A program made the position numbers and the translations under genes. Below are positions 1 through 12,310 of a DNA stretch of 64,000 nt, one piece after another (the first letter of the stretch is position 1; each line of letters starts with the position of its first letter). The notes under the pieces were generated by a model. That model searched no databases. It had not been told where the DNA came from and saw only the letters and a program-made list of their open reading frames with translations. Source of the DNA: an uncultured Chloroflexia bacterium (GTDB lineage: Bacteria > Chloroflexota > Limnocylindria > Limnocylindrales > CSP1-4); contig CAVVYR010000004.1 of assembly GCA_963752475.1 (NCBI GenBank), forward strand, positions 207,051 through 271,050. Direction: 5' to 3'.

Positions 1-3000
1 ATGGAGAACGGCACGTCGCCGGTGTTGGAGACGGTGAAGGTGAAGGTGACGTCCTCGCCCTGGTCGGAGACGATCGACGCGCTGGCTGACTTCTCGACAG
101 CCATGGCCACGTCGCCCGCCACGTTGGTGAACGTGCAGGTCACATCCTCACCGGCTGCCACCACGATGGTGGCAGTGGCAGTGGCAGTGTCGCCGCTGCT
201 GTCGCCATCGCTGCAGACGATCGAGCACAGCGTCCAGCTGGTCGGGACCAGCTCGGTCACCGAGTACGTGCCCGGTGGAAGGTCACCTGACGTGAGCTGC
301 TGTCCGTTGCCGATCGAGCCAACGACGTCACCGCTGAACCGGAAGCTCGTGCTCGTCGGGTCAGGGCTGGGGTCCGTGGCCTTACGATCGTGATGGAACC
401 GGGGTCGGCCGTGTTGGTGAACGTGCAGGTGACGTCCTCGCCTGCGCCACCACGATGGTCGCCGTGGCGTGCCGATGTCGCCGCTGCTGTCGTCGTCATT
501 GCAGGTGATGGAGGACAGCGTCCAGCTGGTCGGGACCAGCTCGGTCACCGAGTACGTGCCCGGCGGAAGGTCACCCGAGGTGAGTTGCTGTCCATTGCCG
601 ATCGAACCAACGACGTCACCGCTGAACTGGAAGCTCGTGCTCGTCGGGTCGGGGCTGGGGTCGGTCGTCTTGCGGATCGTGATCGAACCGGGGTCGGCCG
701 TGTTGGTGAAGGTGCAGGTCACCACCTCGCCGTTGTCGAGTGCGATGGCATCGGGCGTGTCGCCGTTGTCACAGGTAGCGTCGGTCAGGGCCCAGTTGGG
801 GGGTGTGTCCTCGGTGACCGAGTAGGTGCCGGCATCGAGGTCAGTGATGACCTCCATGCCGCCGTTGGCCAGGCTGAAGTCCGGCCCGGCGTTGGTAACG
901 AAATCGAAGGCCGTGCCGGTCGGGTCTGGGCTGGGGTCGGTGATCTTCTTGACCACGATGACGCTCAGCGCCCAGTTCTCGAAGGTGCAGGTCACGGTCT
1001 CGCCGCTGGCCACGTTGAAGGTCGCAGTGGCGGTATCAAGGTCGCCGCTGGAGTCATCGTCGTCGCAGCTGATGTCACCCAGCACCCAGCCGTCAGGGAC
1101 GCTCTCGGTGGACGTGTAGGAACCTGCCGGCAGGTCGGTAGCCACGATCTGCTGACCGTCGCCGATGGTGCCGGCCGCGGCGCCGGTGAAGGTGAACTGC
1201 TGGGGGTCGTTGTCAGGGTCGGTCTGCTTCTCGACGATGATGCGCCCGAGCTGGGTGTTGCTGAAGGTGCAGGTGATGTCCTCGCCCGGGAGCGGGGTGA
1301 CCGCGACCGAGGCGTTCGGGAGGTCGACGACCGCGCCGTCGGTGCCGAGGCAGCTGATATCGGTCAGCTCCCAGGCGGGGTCGGCGGTGGGCAGGCCGGT
1401 CTCGGCGAAGTCGTAGGTCTCGTTCGGGGGCAGCGAGCCGAAGGGCTGGCTGCCGCCATCGTCGAGCGTGAAGGTTGCGGAGCCGTCGAAGGGCGGCGTG
1501 GCCGTGAAGCCGAAGCCGGTGCCGCCGGCGGGGTCGGAGGTCTTCTCGATGGTGATGGTCGCGAGCTTGGTGTTGGTGAAGGTGCAGGTGACGGTCTCGC
1601 CGGGCTGCAGATCGATGGCCGCGGCATCGTCGACGACGACCGAACCGCCGCTCGGGTCATCCTCGTCCGAACAGGTCAGGCTCGTGAAGACCCAGCCCGC
1701 GGGTGGATCGAGCTCCTGCACGCCCCAGATGCCGGTGGGCACGTCGAAGGTCTCGCTGGCGGTGCCGTCGCTGGTGGTCAATGAGAAGCCACCCGCGTCG
1801 GTCCCCGGCAGCGGGTCGTCGGAGAAGAAGTCGAAGGTGTCATCGCCGCCGATCGCCGTCTTCTCGACGATGATGCGCGCCGAGCTGGGTGTTGCTGAAG
1901 GTGCAGGTGATGTCCTCGCCCGGGAGCGGGGTGACCGCGACCGAGGCGTTCGGGAGGTCGACGACCGCGCCGTCGGTGCCGAGGCAGCTGATGTCGGTCA
2001 GCTCCCAGGCCGGGTCGGCCGTGGGCAGGCCGGTCTCGGCGAAGTCGTAGGTCTCGTTCGGGGGCAGCGAGCCGAAGGGCTGGCTGCCGCCATCGTCGAG
2101 CGTGAAGGTTGCGGAGCCGCCGCAGGGCGGCGTGGCCGTGAAGCCGAAGCCGGTGCCGCCGGCGGGGTCGGAGGTCTTCTCGATGGTGATGGTCGCGAGC
2201 TTGGTGTTGGTGAAGGTGCAGGTGACGGTCTCGCCGGCGGCGACGTCGAAGGTGGCCGTGGCGGTGACCGTGTCGCCGGAGCTGTAATCGTCGTCACAGC
2301 TGATGCTCGGTGAGGACCCAGCCGGCGGGCAGCGATCTCGGTGCATGGTGTAGATGCCTGGGGCGACGTCGACGCTGGTGGTCGTCGCTGGTCGTCACCG
2401 ATGGTACCCGCGTCACGTCGCCGGTGAAGACGTCGAAGCTGCTGGAAGTCGCCGTCGGGCATCGTCTGCTTCTCGACGATGATGCTGGCCCGGGCTGGGT
2501 GTTGATGAAGGTGCAGGTGACTGTCGTCGCCCGGGCGCGAGGTCGACGGCAACCGGCCGGAGGCCGACGCCGGCTGCCGGTGCAGTCGGCCAGCTGATGT
2601 CGGTCAGGTTCCAGCCGGTCGCGGCAGGACGGTCTCGCTGAAATGCCGTAGGTACGTCCGGGCAGCGAGGTCGCAGAACGTCGGCCGGCGATGCCGTAGA
2701 GCGAGTGGTGAGCGAGAGGGCCGTCGCAGGTCACCGGTGAAGTCGAAGGTAAGAGCCGAGTCGCCGCCGGTCGGCGACCTTCTCGACGGTGATCGTAGCC
2801 ACGCTTGGTGTTGGTGAAGGTGCAGGTGACGGTCTCGCCGGAGGCGACGTTGAAGGTGGCTATGCCGGTGGCGGTGTCGCGGGTGCAAGAGCAGTCATCA
2901 CAGGTGACGCTCGGTGAGGTCCCAGCCAGCGGGCACGGTCTCGGTGCACGTGTAGGTGCCGGGAGCGAGGTCGATAAAGCTGTCGTCTGCTCGCCGCCAC

Positions 3001-3660
3001 CGATGGTGCAGGCTGAAGTCACCGGTGAACGTCGAAGCTGGTGGAGTCGCCGTCGGGCAGCGTCTGCTTCTCGACGATGATGGTGCCGGCTGGTGTTGGT
3101 GTAGGTGCAGGTGAGGAAGCCGCACTTGATGTTGGCCCCGGGCGCGCAGGTCGACGGCCGATCGGCAAACTGTACCGCCGGTCACAGATGACCGTAGGTC
3201 AGGGCCCAGCCGTCGGGCACGGTCTCGCTGATGCACGTAGCGGCCGAGGCAGGAAGTCGCCGAACGTCCGCTCGCTAGCGATGCACGCTGACGGTGGTGA
3301 GCGAGAAGTGCCGCCCAGGCTCGCCGCGTGAAGTCGAAGCTGTGCGCGGTCGCCGCCGGTTCGGCGACCTTCTCGATGGTGAGCGAGGCGACGCTTGGTG
3401 TTGGTGAAGTGCAGGTGACGGTCTCGCCGGAGGCGACGTGGAACGTGGCAGGTCGATGGCGGTGTCGCGGGTGCGTAGCAGTCGTCACAGGTGAGCTGCT
3501 GAGGTCCCAGCCGTCGGGCACGGTCTCGGTGCTGTGTAGGTGCCGGGCGCGAGGTCGATGCCGGTGATGCTAGCTGTCGCGATGGTGGTGTCCGTGCCGG
3601 TGAACTCGAATCTGCTGGGAGTGCGTGGGCAGCGTTGCTTCTCGACGATGATGGTGTGGT
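1..3660 (-). CDS. Large repetitive surface/exported protein with tandem prealbumin/SpaA-like Ig-fold modules and a DUF11-like module; partial and frameshifted
   Basis: Minus-strand translation repeats ~95-105 aa modules with ITIEK..P, W.L..I.C and GE.VTCTFTN. 1-110 reads AVEKSASASIVSDQGEDVTFTFTVSNTGDVPFS. The 3' end runs off the window and the 5' end is lost in the degraded tract. Confidence 0.75.
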
Positions 3661-4767
3661 TAGAGCTGTTTAAGAATGTGTATGAGTGCTTGAAGCTGGT
3701 GTTACTAGTACGTTGATGGTAGCGACTCGTACTGAAAGAATAGTTTAGGTTGTGATTCTGGTAGGAACTGTGACTTTAGAGTTTGTGTTGATTGATTTTG
3801 GAAAAGATGTAATGGTTATGGGTTATGTTGACTTACTGCATACGTGCTGTTATTGTAGGGCGTAGTTGTGGGTGTTGGTGTGATGTGTGTAGGTGAGAGG
3901 TGGTAACTTGTACTGTGGTGTGCGGTGTGTTTGTGTGTGTGTGTTTTTTTGTGTTTTGTTTGATGATGTTGTTTTTGGGTGTGTGTTGAGATGTTTTTTT
4001 TGATAGGTTGAGTTTTATTGTTTTAGAGATTTGTTGTTTTTGGTTTTTTTGTGATTGTTTAGTTTTGTTGGTGTAGTATGTTTTTAGTTGAGTTTGTTAG
4101 GGTGAGGTAGTAGTAGTAGGTTATTATTGTTTTTGTTTTAGTGTTTGAGTTGTTTATGTATTGGTTGTGTTTATTGTTGTTGATGGTTGTGTTGTTGTTG
4201 TGGCTGATCGTATAGAAGAGTGTTGCTTTGATAGATGGCGGCTTTGGGCTCGCGCGATTTTATCGAGCTCTTGCGGGCTCAAGAATTGGTAGGAGGTTGT
4301 GTTGTTGTAGCGGTTTCGGCACGTTCTGGATTTTGTATTGTTGTTTGTTATTATTTTTTGTTTTGTAGTTGTTGTTGTGTTTTTGGTGTTTTTGTATTTG
4401 TTTGTTTGTATTTGTATGTTTTTGTTGGGTGTAGTTGTTTAGGTGTGTTTTTTGATTGTGATGTTGAGTGTTGTGTGTTGTATTGTGTATTTTGTTGTTT
4501 GTTTTTGTGTGTTTGATGTGTGTTAGTTTTGTTTTGTTGTTTATTGTTGTTTTTTGTTTTTTTTTGAGTAGTTTGGTATGTTTGTTTGGTTTTGTGTTTG
4601 TGTTTTTTATTGGGATTTTTATTGATTTTGTTAGAGGTTTTGTTTTGATTGTTAGGTTTAGTTGAGAGTTTTGTTGGTTTGTTAGTATTGGTGTTGGGTT
4701 TTTTGATGTGTTAGGTTTGGTGGTGTAGTATGAGTTTGATGTGTATTTGTGTTGTTTTGTTATTTTT

Positions 4768-4855
<88 letters not shown>

Positions 4856-4988
4856 TAGTTTTGTTTGTTTTTTGTTTTGTATTGGTGTGTTTTTTTTTGT
4901 GTTTTGTTGGTTTTTTGAGAGTTTTGGTAAGTGTTGTGTTATGTTTTAGTAGGTTTTTTTTGTTGTTTTGTTTGTTTTTGTAGGTTGT

Positions 4989-5180
4989 GTTTGTGTTTTT
5001 GTGTGTTTTGTTTGTGTTTTGTGTGTTTTGTTTGTGTTTTTGTGTGTTTTGTTTGTGTTTTTGTGTGTTTTGTTTGTGTTTTTGTGTGTTTTGTTTGTGT
5101 TTTTGTGTGTTTTGTTTGTGTTTTTGTGTGTTTTGTTTGTGTTTTTGTGTGTTTTGTTTGTGTTTTTGTGTGTTTTGTTT
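4989..5180. repeat. Tandem repeat, 21-bp unit GTTTGTGTTTTTGTGTGTTTT, about 9 copies
   Basis: Directly visible; gives the 7-aa periodic ORFs in the track (e.g. TKHTKTQ). Confidence 0.85.
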
Positions 5181-6286
5181 TTGTTTTGTTAGAGTTTGTT
5201 GTGAGTTTTGTTATGATTGGTTTTTGTTTTGTTTGGTGTATTTTTATGTGGTAGGAGTAGTAGTTTTGTTTGGTTTTATTGTTATAGTAGTGGGTTTGTT
5301 TTGTTGTAATTGTTTGCACGTCGGGATCGGATGATGCTTGGCGGCGTTGGTTTTCGTGTACGTTAAGTGAGTGGTGTGTGGATAGAGGTGGTATGTCTGT
5401 TTTTGTAGTTTGATCACGAGCGGCTCTAGAGGCTTGCTGTGTCTTGCGTAGTGTTTTTGTTGTATTTTTTAGTTTGGTGTGTTGTATTTTTGGGTGTTTT
5501 TTTGGTGTGTGTGTTTTTGTTGAGTATTTTGTTGTGTTGTTTTATGTTTTGTTATTTGGTGATGAGTTTGGTTTTTTTGTAAGAGTTTAGTATTGTGATT
5601 TGTGTTTTGTAGTTGATTGTATTGTAGAGGTGTGTTTGTGTTGGATGTTTAATGTTTTAGTTGTTTTGAATGGTATTATATTGATTGTTGTTTGTGTTTT
5701 GGGAGTTGGTTTGTGTAGTAGGGAGAGATGTTGGTGGTTGTGATATGTGTTAGTGGAGATGATGGTTTTGTTGTGTGGATATAGTTTGATTTGTTTTGGG
5801 TGGAGGTGATTATTTTTGTTAGTTGTGGTGGTAGTTATGGGTTTGGTAGGTATGTGTGTTTGTTTATGGGTAAATTTTTGTTATTGTGATGAAGTAGGGA
5901 TGTAGCACGAGGGACGAGAGCAGGAGATGACCTGCAGCATGACCACTATGGCTATGCGCGAACTTCCACGTCGCGCGCGCTGAACAGCTTCATCAAACCC
6001 TTCCGATCGCTTCTCGGGTTCGCGTTCCAGAACTCAGTCTCACGTCGTTGACATGACGGTCGCTCGCGGCGCGAGCGCGGGCGGGCCTAGGGTAGCGGCT
6101 TGCGGGATATCTGTGGTCCTGAGATGAATGGTCTGCTGCGGTACGGTTCGATAGCACCAGATCGCACCTGGGGATACATATGGGCCACGTTTTCGGCAAC
6201 GTTCGGGCGCGATGTGACCTGCGGCCCTTCACGCTAGTGGCGGTGGTGGTTTAGGGTGTGCGCTCCCGACCCACGAGGAGACCCCG

Positions 6287-7393
6287 ATGGCCGACCTGTC
6301 GACTACCTTCACCGGCATCCGCTTCCCGAACCCCTTCATGCTCGCCTCGGCGCCCCCGACCGAGTCCGAGTCGAACATCCGCCGCGCCTACGACGCCGGC
6401 TGGGGTGGCGTGGTCACCAAGACCATCGGCCTGCACCAGGTCACCAACGTGCGCGGCCCCAAGACGAAGTTCCTGCGTCTTGACCACAGCGGGCGATACA
6501 AGACGATGGCCAAGCTCGGCGACTCGGCGGTGATGGCGTCGTGGAACTGGGAGCTCATCAGCGACAAGCCGCTCGACTGGTGGATCGGCAAGCTCAGCGC
6601 CATCAAGCGCGACTATCCCGACCACGTGCTGGTGGCCTCGGTCATGGCCGGATCGGGCAGCGACGAGGAGATGCGCAGCTGGCAGACGCTGGTGCAAGGG
6701 GTGCAGGACGAGGGCGTCGACGCGGTCGAGCTGAACTACAGCTGCCCGCACATGGATCGCGACGACATGGGCTCGGGGCTGGGTAAGGACGCGGCGCTCG
6801 TCTCGACCACGACCCAGGCGGTGAAGGAGGTCGCGAGGATCCCGGTGTGGGCCAAGCTCACCCCGGCCACGGCCGACATCGCGGAGGAGGCCGGAGCTAC
6901 GTTCCGCGGCGGCGCCGACGCCATCACCTCGTCCAACACGTTCCCTTCGCTGCCGCCGATCGATCCCGAGACACTCGACTTCGAGATCAACGTCGACGGC
7001 TTCGTCTCACCGGGCGGGCTGGGTGGACCGGCCATCCTGATGCAGTCGCTGGCCAAGATGGCGCAGATGACGCAGGCCTATCCCGAAGGCGCGTTCTCCG
7101 GTGTCGGTGGGATCTCGACCTGGGCCGATGCCCTCTCCTTCTTCATGCTCGGCTGCGGCACGGTACAGGTCGCGACCGCGGCCATGCTGGACAAGGCCAT
7201 CGGGCCGAACGTGGTGGCTGGACTCATCGAGGGCATGGACGCCTTCCTCGACAAGCACGCCGATCGCGGCTGGTCCACGCTCGATGACTTCCGTGGCCTG
7301 CGCCGCGACGCGATCGTGGCCCAGTCACAGATCGCTCGTCCCGAGCAGCGGGGCCAGGACCCCGAAGACGCGCGCGAGGGCTACTCGGGGTAG
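6287..7393 (+). CDS. preA: Dihydropyrimidine dehydrogenase FMN subunit (PreA-like, DHOD family), lacking the C-terminal ferredoxin domain
   Basis: MADLS..F.GI.FPNPF.LASAPPT, GWGGVVTKT, ELISD, ELNYSCPH, VWAKLTP, SGVGGI; RBS GAGGAG. Confidence 0.85.
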   Translation: MADLSTTFTGIRFPNPFMLASAPPTESESNIRRAYDAGWGGVVTKTIGLHQVTNVRGPKTKFLRLDHSGRYKTMAKLGDSAVMASWNWELISDKPLDWWIGKLSAIKRDYPDHVLVASVMAGSGSDEEMRSWQTLVQGVQDEGVDAVELNYSCPHMDRDDMGSGLGKDAALVSTTTQAVKEVARIPVWAKLTPATADIAEEAGATFRGGADAITSSNTFPSLPPIDPETLDFEINVDGFVSPGGLGGPAILMQSLAKMAQMTQAYPEGAFSGVGGISTWADALSFFMLGCGTVQVATAAMLDKAIGPNVVAGLIEGMDAFLDKHADRGWSTLDDFRGLRRDAIVAQSQIARPEQRGQDPEDAREGYSG

Positions 7394-7632
7394 GCGAGCC
7401 ACTCCGCGAGAGCGTCGGCGGGTAGCGCACCGGCCGCCACCAGGATGGCGGCGACCTGATACTGCAGTGAGGCGATTGACAGGATGAGTCCACTGTCTGA
7501 TGCACGTGCCGTAGCGACAGTAGACGATGAGAGCACGGTCGAGTGCTCGTGCCCCAGCCCTGCGGCGCCTGGCGCTCGTTCGGCGCCGGACCCTCGTCGC
7601 CGTCGACCACGGCGTTGTGGAGGAGGTGCGTG

Positions 7633-8823
7633 GTGGCGAGGCATCAGCCTGGAGCACGTGTCGAAGCGATATGGTGACGTTGAGGCTGTCCAGGATTTGA
7701 GTCTGGATATCGCTGATGGCGAATTCATGGTCATCGTCGGGCCGTCAGGCTGCGGCAAGACGACTGCACTGCGGCTGATCGCCGGCCTCGAACAGCCGGA
7801 CACCGGTAGATGTGCGCATCGATGGCCGGCTCGCGACCGCCATCCCACCGGCCGAGCGCAACGTGGCCATGGTCTTCGAGGACTTCGCGCTGTACCCCCA
7901 CATGAAGGTGCGGGACAACCTGGCCTTCCCGCTACGCGCTGCGCAAGACCCCCGCGGAGGCCATCCGGCGTCGCGTCGCCGAGGTGGCCGACGCGACCGA
8001 GATCGCGCCCGTCCTTGCGCGCAAGCCAGGTGAGCTGGCCGCGGGCGAGGCGCAGCATGTGGCGGTCGGGCACGCGGTCGTGCGTGAAGTCACGCTCGGC
8101 GTTCCTGCTCGACGACGCCCTTTCTCACCTCGACGCCCACCAGCGGCTCGAGGCGAGGGCAGAGTTGGCGCGCCTGCACCGTGAGCTTGGAGCCGACCAT
8201 CGTGGCCGTGACGCACGACCAGGCGGAGGCGATGGCGATGGGAACACGGGTGGCCGTCATGGCTGACGGGGGATTGCGTCAAGTGGCCACGCCACGCTGG
8301 CTCTACGAGCGTCCGGCCGACACCTTCGTGGCCGGCTTCATCGGCAATCCGCCGATGAACCTTCTCGAGATGAGCGTGGAACCCGACGACGGCCTCCGGT
8401 CGCGGCATGGTGCGTTGACATGGCCTCTACCGAAGACTGGGCTGCTGCGCAACCTCGCCGGCAGCGAGTCGGTGGTTGTCGGCTGCCGCCCTGAGCACAT
8501 CCGTGTCGGGGCGACCGCGGGCCCGGACGAGGTCGGCTTCGAGGCCACGTGCGACCTCGTCGAGTACCTCGGCCATCGCCGCCTGGTCCACCTGCACGCC
8601 GCTGACCTGCTGACTCGTGGCCTCGATCGGAACAGCCGGCGACCTGACCGCTGGCGAGGTCGTCGAGTGTGCGGTGCCGGGGGCACGGCTGCACTTCTTC
8701 GATGACTCGACCGGGCTCGCCCTCGATCCGCGCTACGATCAGCGTGTCGAGCCCAGGTCGACGCCGGGTGCAGGCGCCTGGCTGCGGACGAGCCGAGGGA
8801 AGACCGGCGCGAGGGCGCGATAG
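7633..8823 (+). CDS. MalK/MsmX-type sugar ABC ATP-binding protein (frameshifted; true 3' end may be near 8740)
   Basis: Walker [51 protein letters not shown] and TOBE-like end LHFFD..TG, spread over several frames; RBS AGGAGG at 7621. Confidence 0.8.
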
Positions 8824-10203
8824 GTCTCGAGGTAGACGGTGTGGAGTTCGTCCGCGCGCTGTCGTTGTTCGCCGCGAGGCTCTACCGTGCTCGCGATCGA
8901 TACGCGCTCCTCGGCGAGCGTCTGGCACATCCGGGCCGAGTCCGGCTGCGACCATGCCCATGAGCGCCGCCCCGGTCACACCCGCGTCGAGGTCAGCGAG
9001 CACCTCCACCGGGCGGCCACTGATATCGGCCTTGACCTGGTTCCAGAGCTGACTCCGGGCACCGCCACCTGCGACTCGGAAACCTGCGACTCGGAGGCCG
9101 GCAGCGCGCTCGCAGCCCTCGAGCAACATGCGCACGGCGTGCGCCACGCCTTCGAGCGTCGCCAGCACCATATGGCCGGCTTCGGTCGCCGTGGTCAGGC
9201 CCAGGAAGACGCCTCGGGCGTCAGGGTTCCAGTAGGGCGCCCGCTCACCTGCCAGATGCGGCAGGAACACCAGCCGCTGCGGATCGCCAGCTGCTGCCTG
9301 GGCCAGGCTCAGCGCCTCCGGCACGGACAGGCCGACCAGCCGCGCGACCCACTCGAGCGCTGAACCTCCAGCCTGCGTGGGTCCGGCATGGACGTGCATC
9401 CCGGCGACCGGAGGGAACGACACGACCCCAGGCTCCGCAGTCGCGCTTCCCGAGGCCACGCCCACGACCTCCGAGGTGCCCGCCAGGTCGAGGGCCCGAC
9501 CCTCGCGCATCAGGCCGGCGCCGAAGAAACTGCCCCACGCATCCATGCTGCCGACGGCCACGGGCACGCCACTCGGCAGGCCCACGGCGTTGCCCGGCCG
9601 CGTGCGACCAAGCTGGCTGGTCATGCTCGCGGAGTGGCGGCAGGAGCTCAGCGGCGCCGTCGACCAGGCCGAGCACGTCTTCGAGGTAGCGCCCGTCGTC
9701 GCCGACCAGGCCGACCGCGCTCAGCGGGTCCGTGGCGATCTCTCCGGTCAACTCGGCGAGGCAGTAATCCTTTGGCAGCAACAGCCAGCGTGTGGCCGCA
9801 CGCACCTCCGGCTCATGTCGCTCCAGCCATGCGAGGCGCGAGAGGGAGAACGAGGCGTCCTTGCCAAGCTCAGCCGAGGCTTCGGCGGCGCGCACGTCCT
9901 GCCAGGTGATGGCCGGTCGCAGTGGCTCCAGGTCGGCATCGACGAAGAGATGGGTGTTGGCCTGCGAGCAGAGCCCGACCGAGCGCAGCTCGACGTCGCC
10001 CGCAGTAGCCTGCAGCTCTGACCAGCAGGCGGCCATGGCTGCGATCCAGTCGCGCGGGTCCTGCTCGACCCACCGGTGCGTGGCCGCTGGGTGGGGTACG
10101 GATGGGACACCGTCAGCATCGGTGCGTCGCTCTCGAGCCAGAGCAAGCCGGCCTTGACCGTTGACGTGCCGACATCGAAGCCGAGCGCCGCGGCGCGTGT
10201 CAT
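8739..10203 (-). CDS. FGGY-family carbohydrate kinase (xylulokinase-like), frameshifted
   Basis: GFDVGTSTVK, EQDP..W, ITWQD.RA, GTSEV, FLPHLAGERAPYW, GGGARS.LWNQ.KAD. Confidence 0.85.
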
Positions 10204-10292
10204 CGGCCCTGCCCCACCGGCGGGACATGAATCGACCGCCGTCGGGCCTCGGTGGGAGGCATGGACGGCGGCCGTGACCGACTCCGACGAAG

Positions 10293-11246
10293 TTACTGCG
10301 CGCTCTCCGCGGTGATGAGGACGCCAGGGACCAGCACATTCGGGTCCTCCGGGTCGGTGCCCGCGAAGTGGCCGTCGATGACATCGGCCAGGGTCGAGGT
10401 GATGCGTGCCCCAGTCCTGCTCCACGGTGGCGATCCAGTTGAGATCCTTGGCTACTTCGGCCTTGGCGAAGTCGGTGCCGTCGACGCCGGTCACGAGCAC
10501 CTCGTCTCGCCCGATCTCCTGCGTGGCCTGGAAGGCGCCCCAGGAGGTGGCGTCCCAGCCACCTCAGACCGCGTCGAGCTCGCCCTCGGGGTACTTGACC
10601 GGGCGGTCGAGGACCGTGGCCTTGGCGAACCTGGTGGGATCCTCGGGGCTGCCCTCGATGTACTCGATGATCTCGATGCCGTTCTCCTCGAACAGCTCGC
10701 GAGCCGTGACGGCACGCAGCCGGACCGGCTCGAACGGGTCGAAGTGGATCATGGCCACCTGGCCCTCGCCGCCGAGCGCATCGATGATGGCCTGGGCGGA
10801 GAGCGAGCCGAGATCGCCCGGATCGGTGGTGACGTTGGCCAGCATCGGCTCGAAGACGCCGCCGGCGTCAAGCCCGAAGACGGGGACCTCCGCCTCGCCC
10901 GCGGTCGCGAGGCCTTCGCCAAGCTCCCGAGAAGGCGAGCGGCCATGACGACATCGAAGTCTGCGACGGCCGAGGCGATCTCGCCGTTGACCGCGGCATT
11001 GTCCCGGCCGTGTCGACGAGCTTGGTGTCGTAGCCGCGATCGCGTCGCCTCGGCGATGAAGAGGTCGACCGCCTGGGTCGTGGCGGGCTGGTTGGCATAG
11101 AACGGGGTGATGACGATGATCGACTTGCCGTCCTCGCGCTCATCCGTCCTGGGCCAGTGGCGGGACCGGCCAGCGCACCGGCGGCGAGGGCGAGGGTCGC
11201 GGCGGTCATGATGATGCTGGTGCGCAGGGAACCGATCGGTGTGCAT
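10293..11246 (-). CDS. Sugar ABC transporter substrate-binding protein (RbsB-like), frameshifted
   Basis: Signal peptide, ITPFYANQPAT, VTGVDG, WIATVEQD; ends VLITAESAQ*; RBS AGGAGGAG. Confidence 0.75.
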
Positions 11247-11314
11247 GGCGCGCTCCTCCTCTGGTGTGGGCCGTCGAGTGTGCCCTACTTCGAGCGTAGC
11301 CGGTACAGGCCGAC

Positions 11315-12310
11315 TCAGCGCTGCGGCCGAAGCCTGGGGATCGGCGGTGGCAGCACGGCCAGCACGATGACCAGCCCGCGAGATGGCCGACTGGATGGCG
11401 TCGGGGATGTCGGTGAAGTTCGAGACCGTTGTCGATGCACGCGCAGGAGGATCACGCCCAGCACGGTGCCCGGCAGATTGGGCCGGCCGCCGCGGAACAT
11501 GGCCATGCCCGATGAAGACGGCCGCGATCGACTGCAGCATCCAGCGGCTGGGTAGCCGCGGTGTTGGCGGCGTGAGCGTGCTGGCCGACTGCAGGATGCC
11601 GGCAGCGGCGGCTCCCACGCCCACAGAGCGCGAAGGCGATGAGCCGGATGCGCTTGACGTCGATGCCGCGAGTAGCGCGAGGCCTCGGCATTGCCCCGAC
11701 CGCGTACATCCTGCGGCCCAGGGTCGTGCGGTCGAGCAGGAACCAGATGGCACCGGCGATGAGCAGCGCGATCCAGACCTTGTTGGAGAGGCCCAGGGTC
11801 GAGCTGCGGGCGACCTCCACGAAGCCCTCCTCGACGAGCCCGTAGACCGTGCGGCCCTCGACGCGGAAGCGCGCGAGGTTGGTGAAGACGACGGACATGC
11901 CCAGGGTGGCGATGAAGGCGAGGACACCGAGATAGGCCACGAGGACGCCGTTGAGCAGCCCACCGAGAGGCCGACCGCGAGGCCGATGCCGATGGCCAGA
12001 GGCACGAAGCCGGGGTCCTGCGCCTCACCGCCGAGGTCGTGGTCGGTGATGAGCGCGGCCGTGAACGAGGTCGCCAGTGCGGCCAGCCCGCCGACCGAAA
12101 GATCGAAGTCACCGACGACCATGACGACGGTCTGAGCGGCGGCCACGATGATCAGGAACGAGACGGTGTCGAGGATGTTGACCAGCAGGTTCTGCTGGGA
12201 GAGGAAGGTGCTCGGGTAGAGCGCCCGAAGAAGGCGATGAGCACGATGAGCACGAGCTGGGCCCACGAGCGGGCGCAGGCGCCGTATGGCAGCCAGACCG
12301 CGGCGGTCAT
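11315..12310 (-). CDS. Sugar ABC transporter permease (RbsC-like), frameshifted
   Basis: [40 protein letters not shown]; ATGA overlap with the ATPase gene. Confidence 0.8.

Noticed and set aside
1-3567. Many plus-strand ORFs with VLVKVQVT repeats
   Set aside because: Antisense shadows of the minus-strand TCTFTN repeat protein.
8030-8135. Degenerate signature (LAAGE) and Walker B (LLDDAL) in the MalK-like ATPase, suggesting an inactive ATPase
   Set aside because: Lies in an error-rich stretch; cannot be trusted without polishing.
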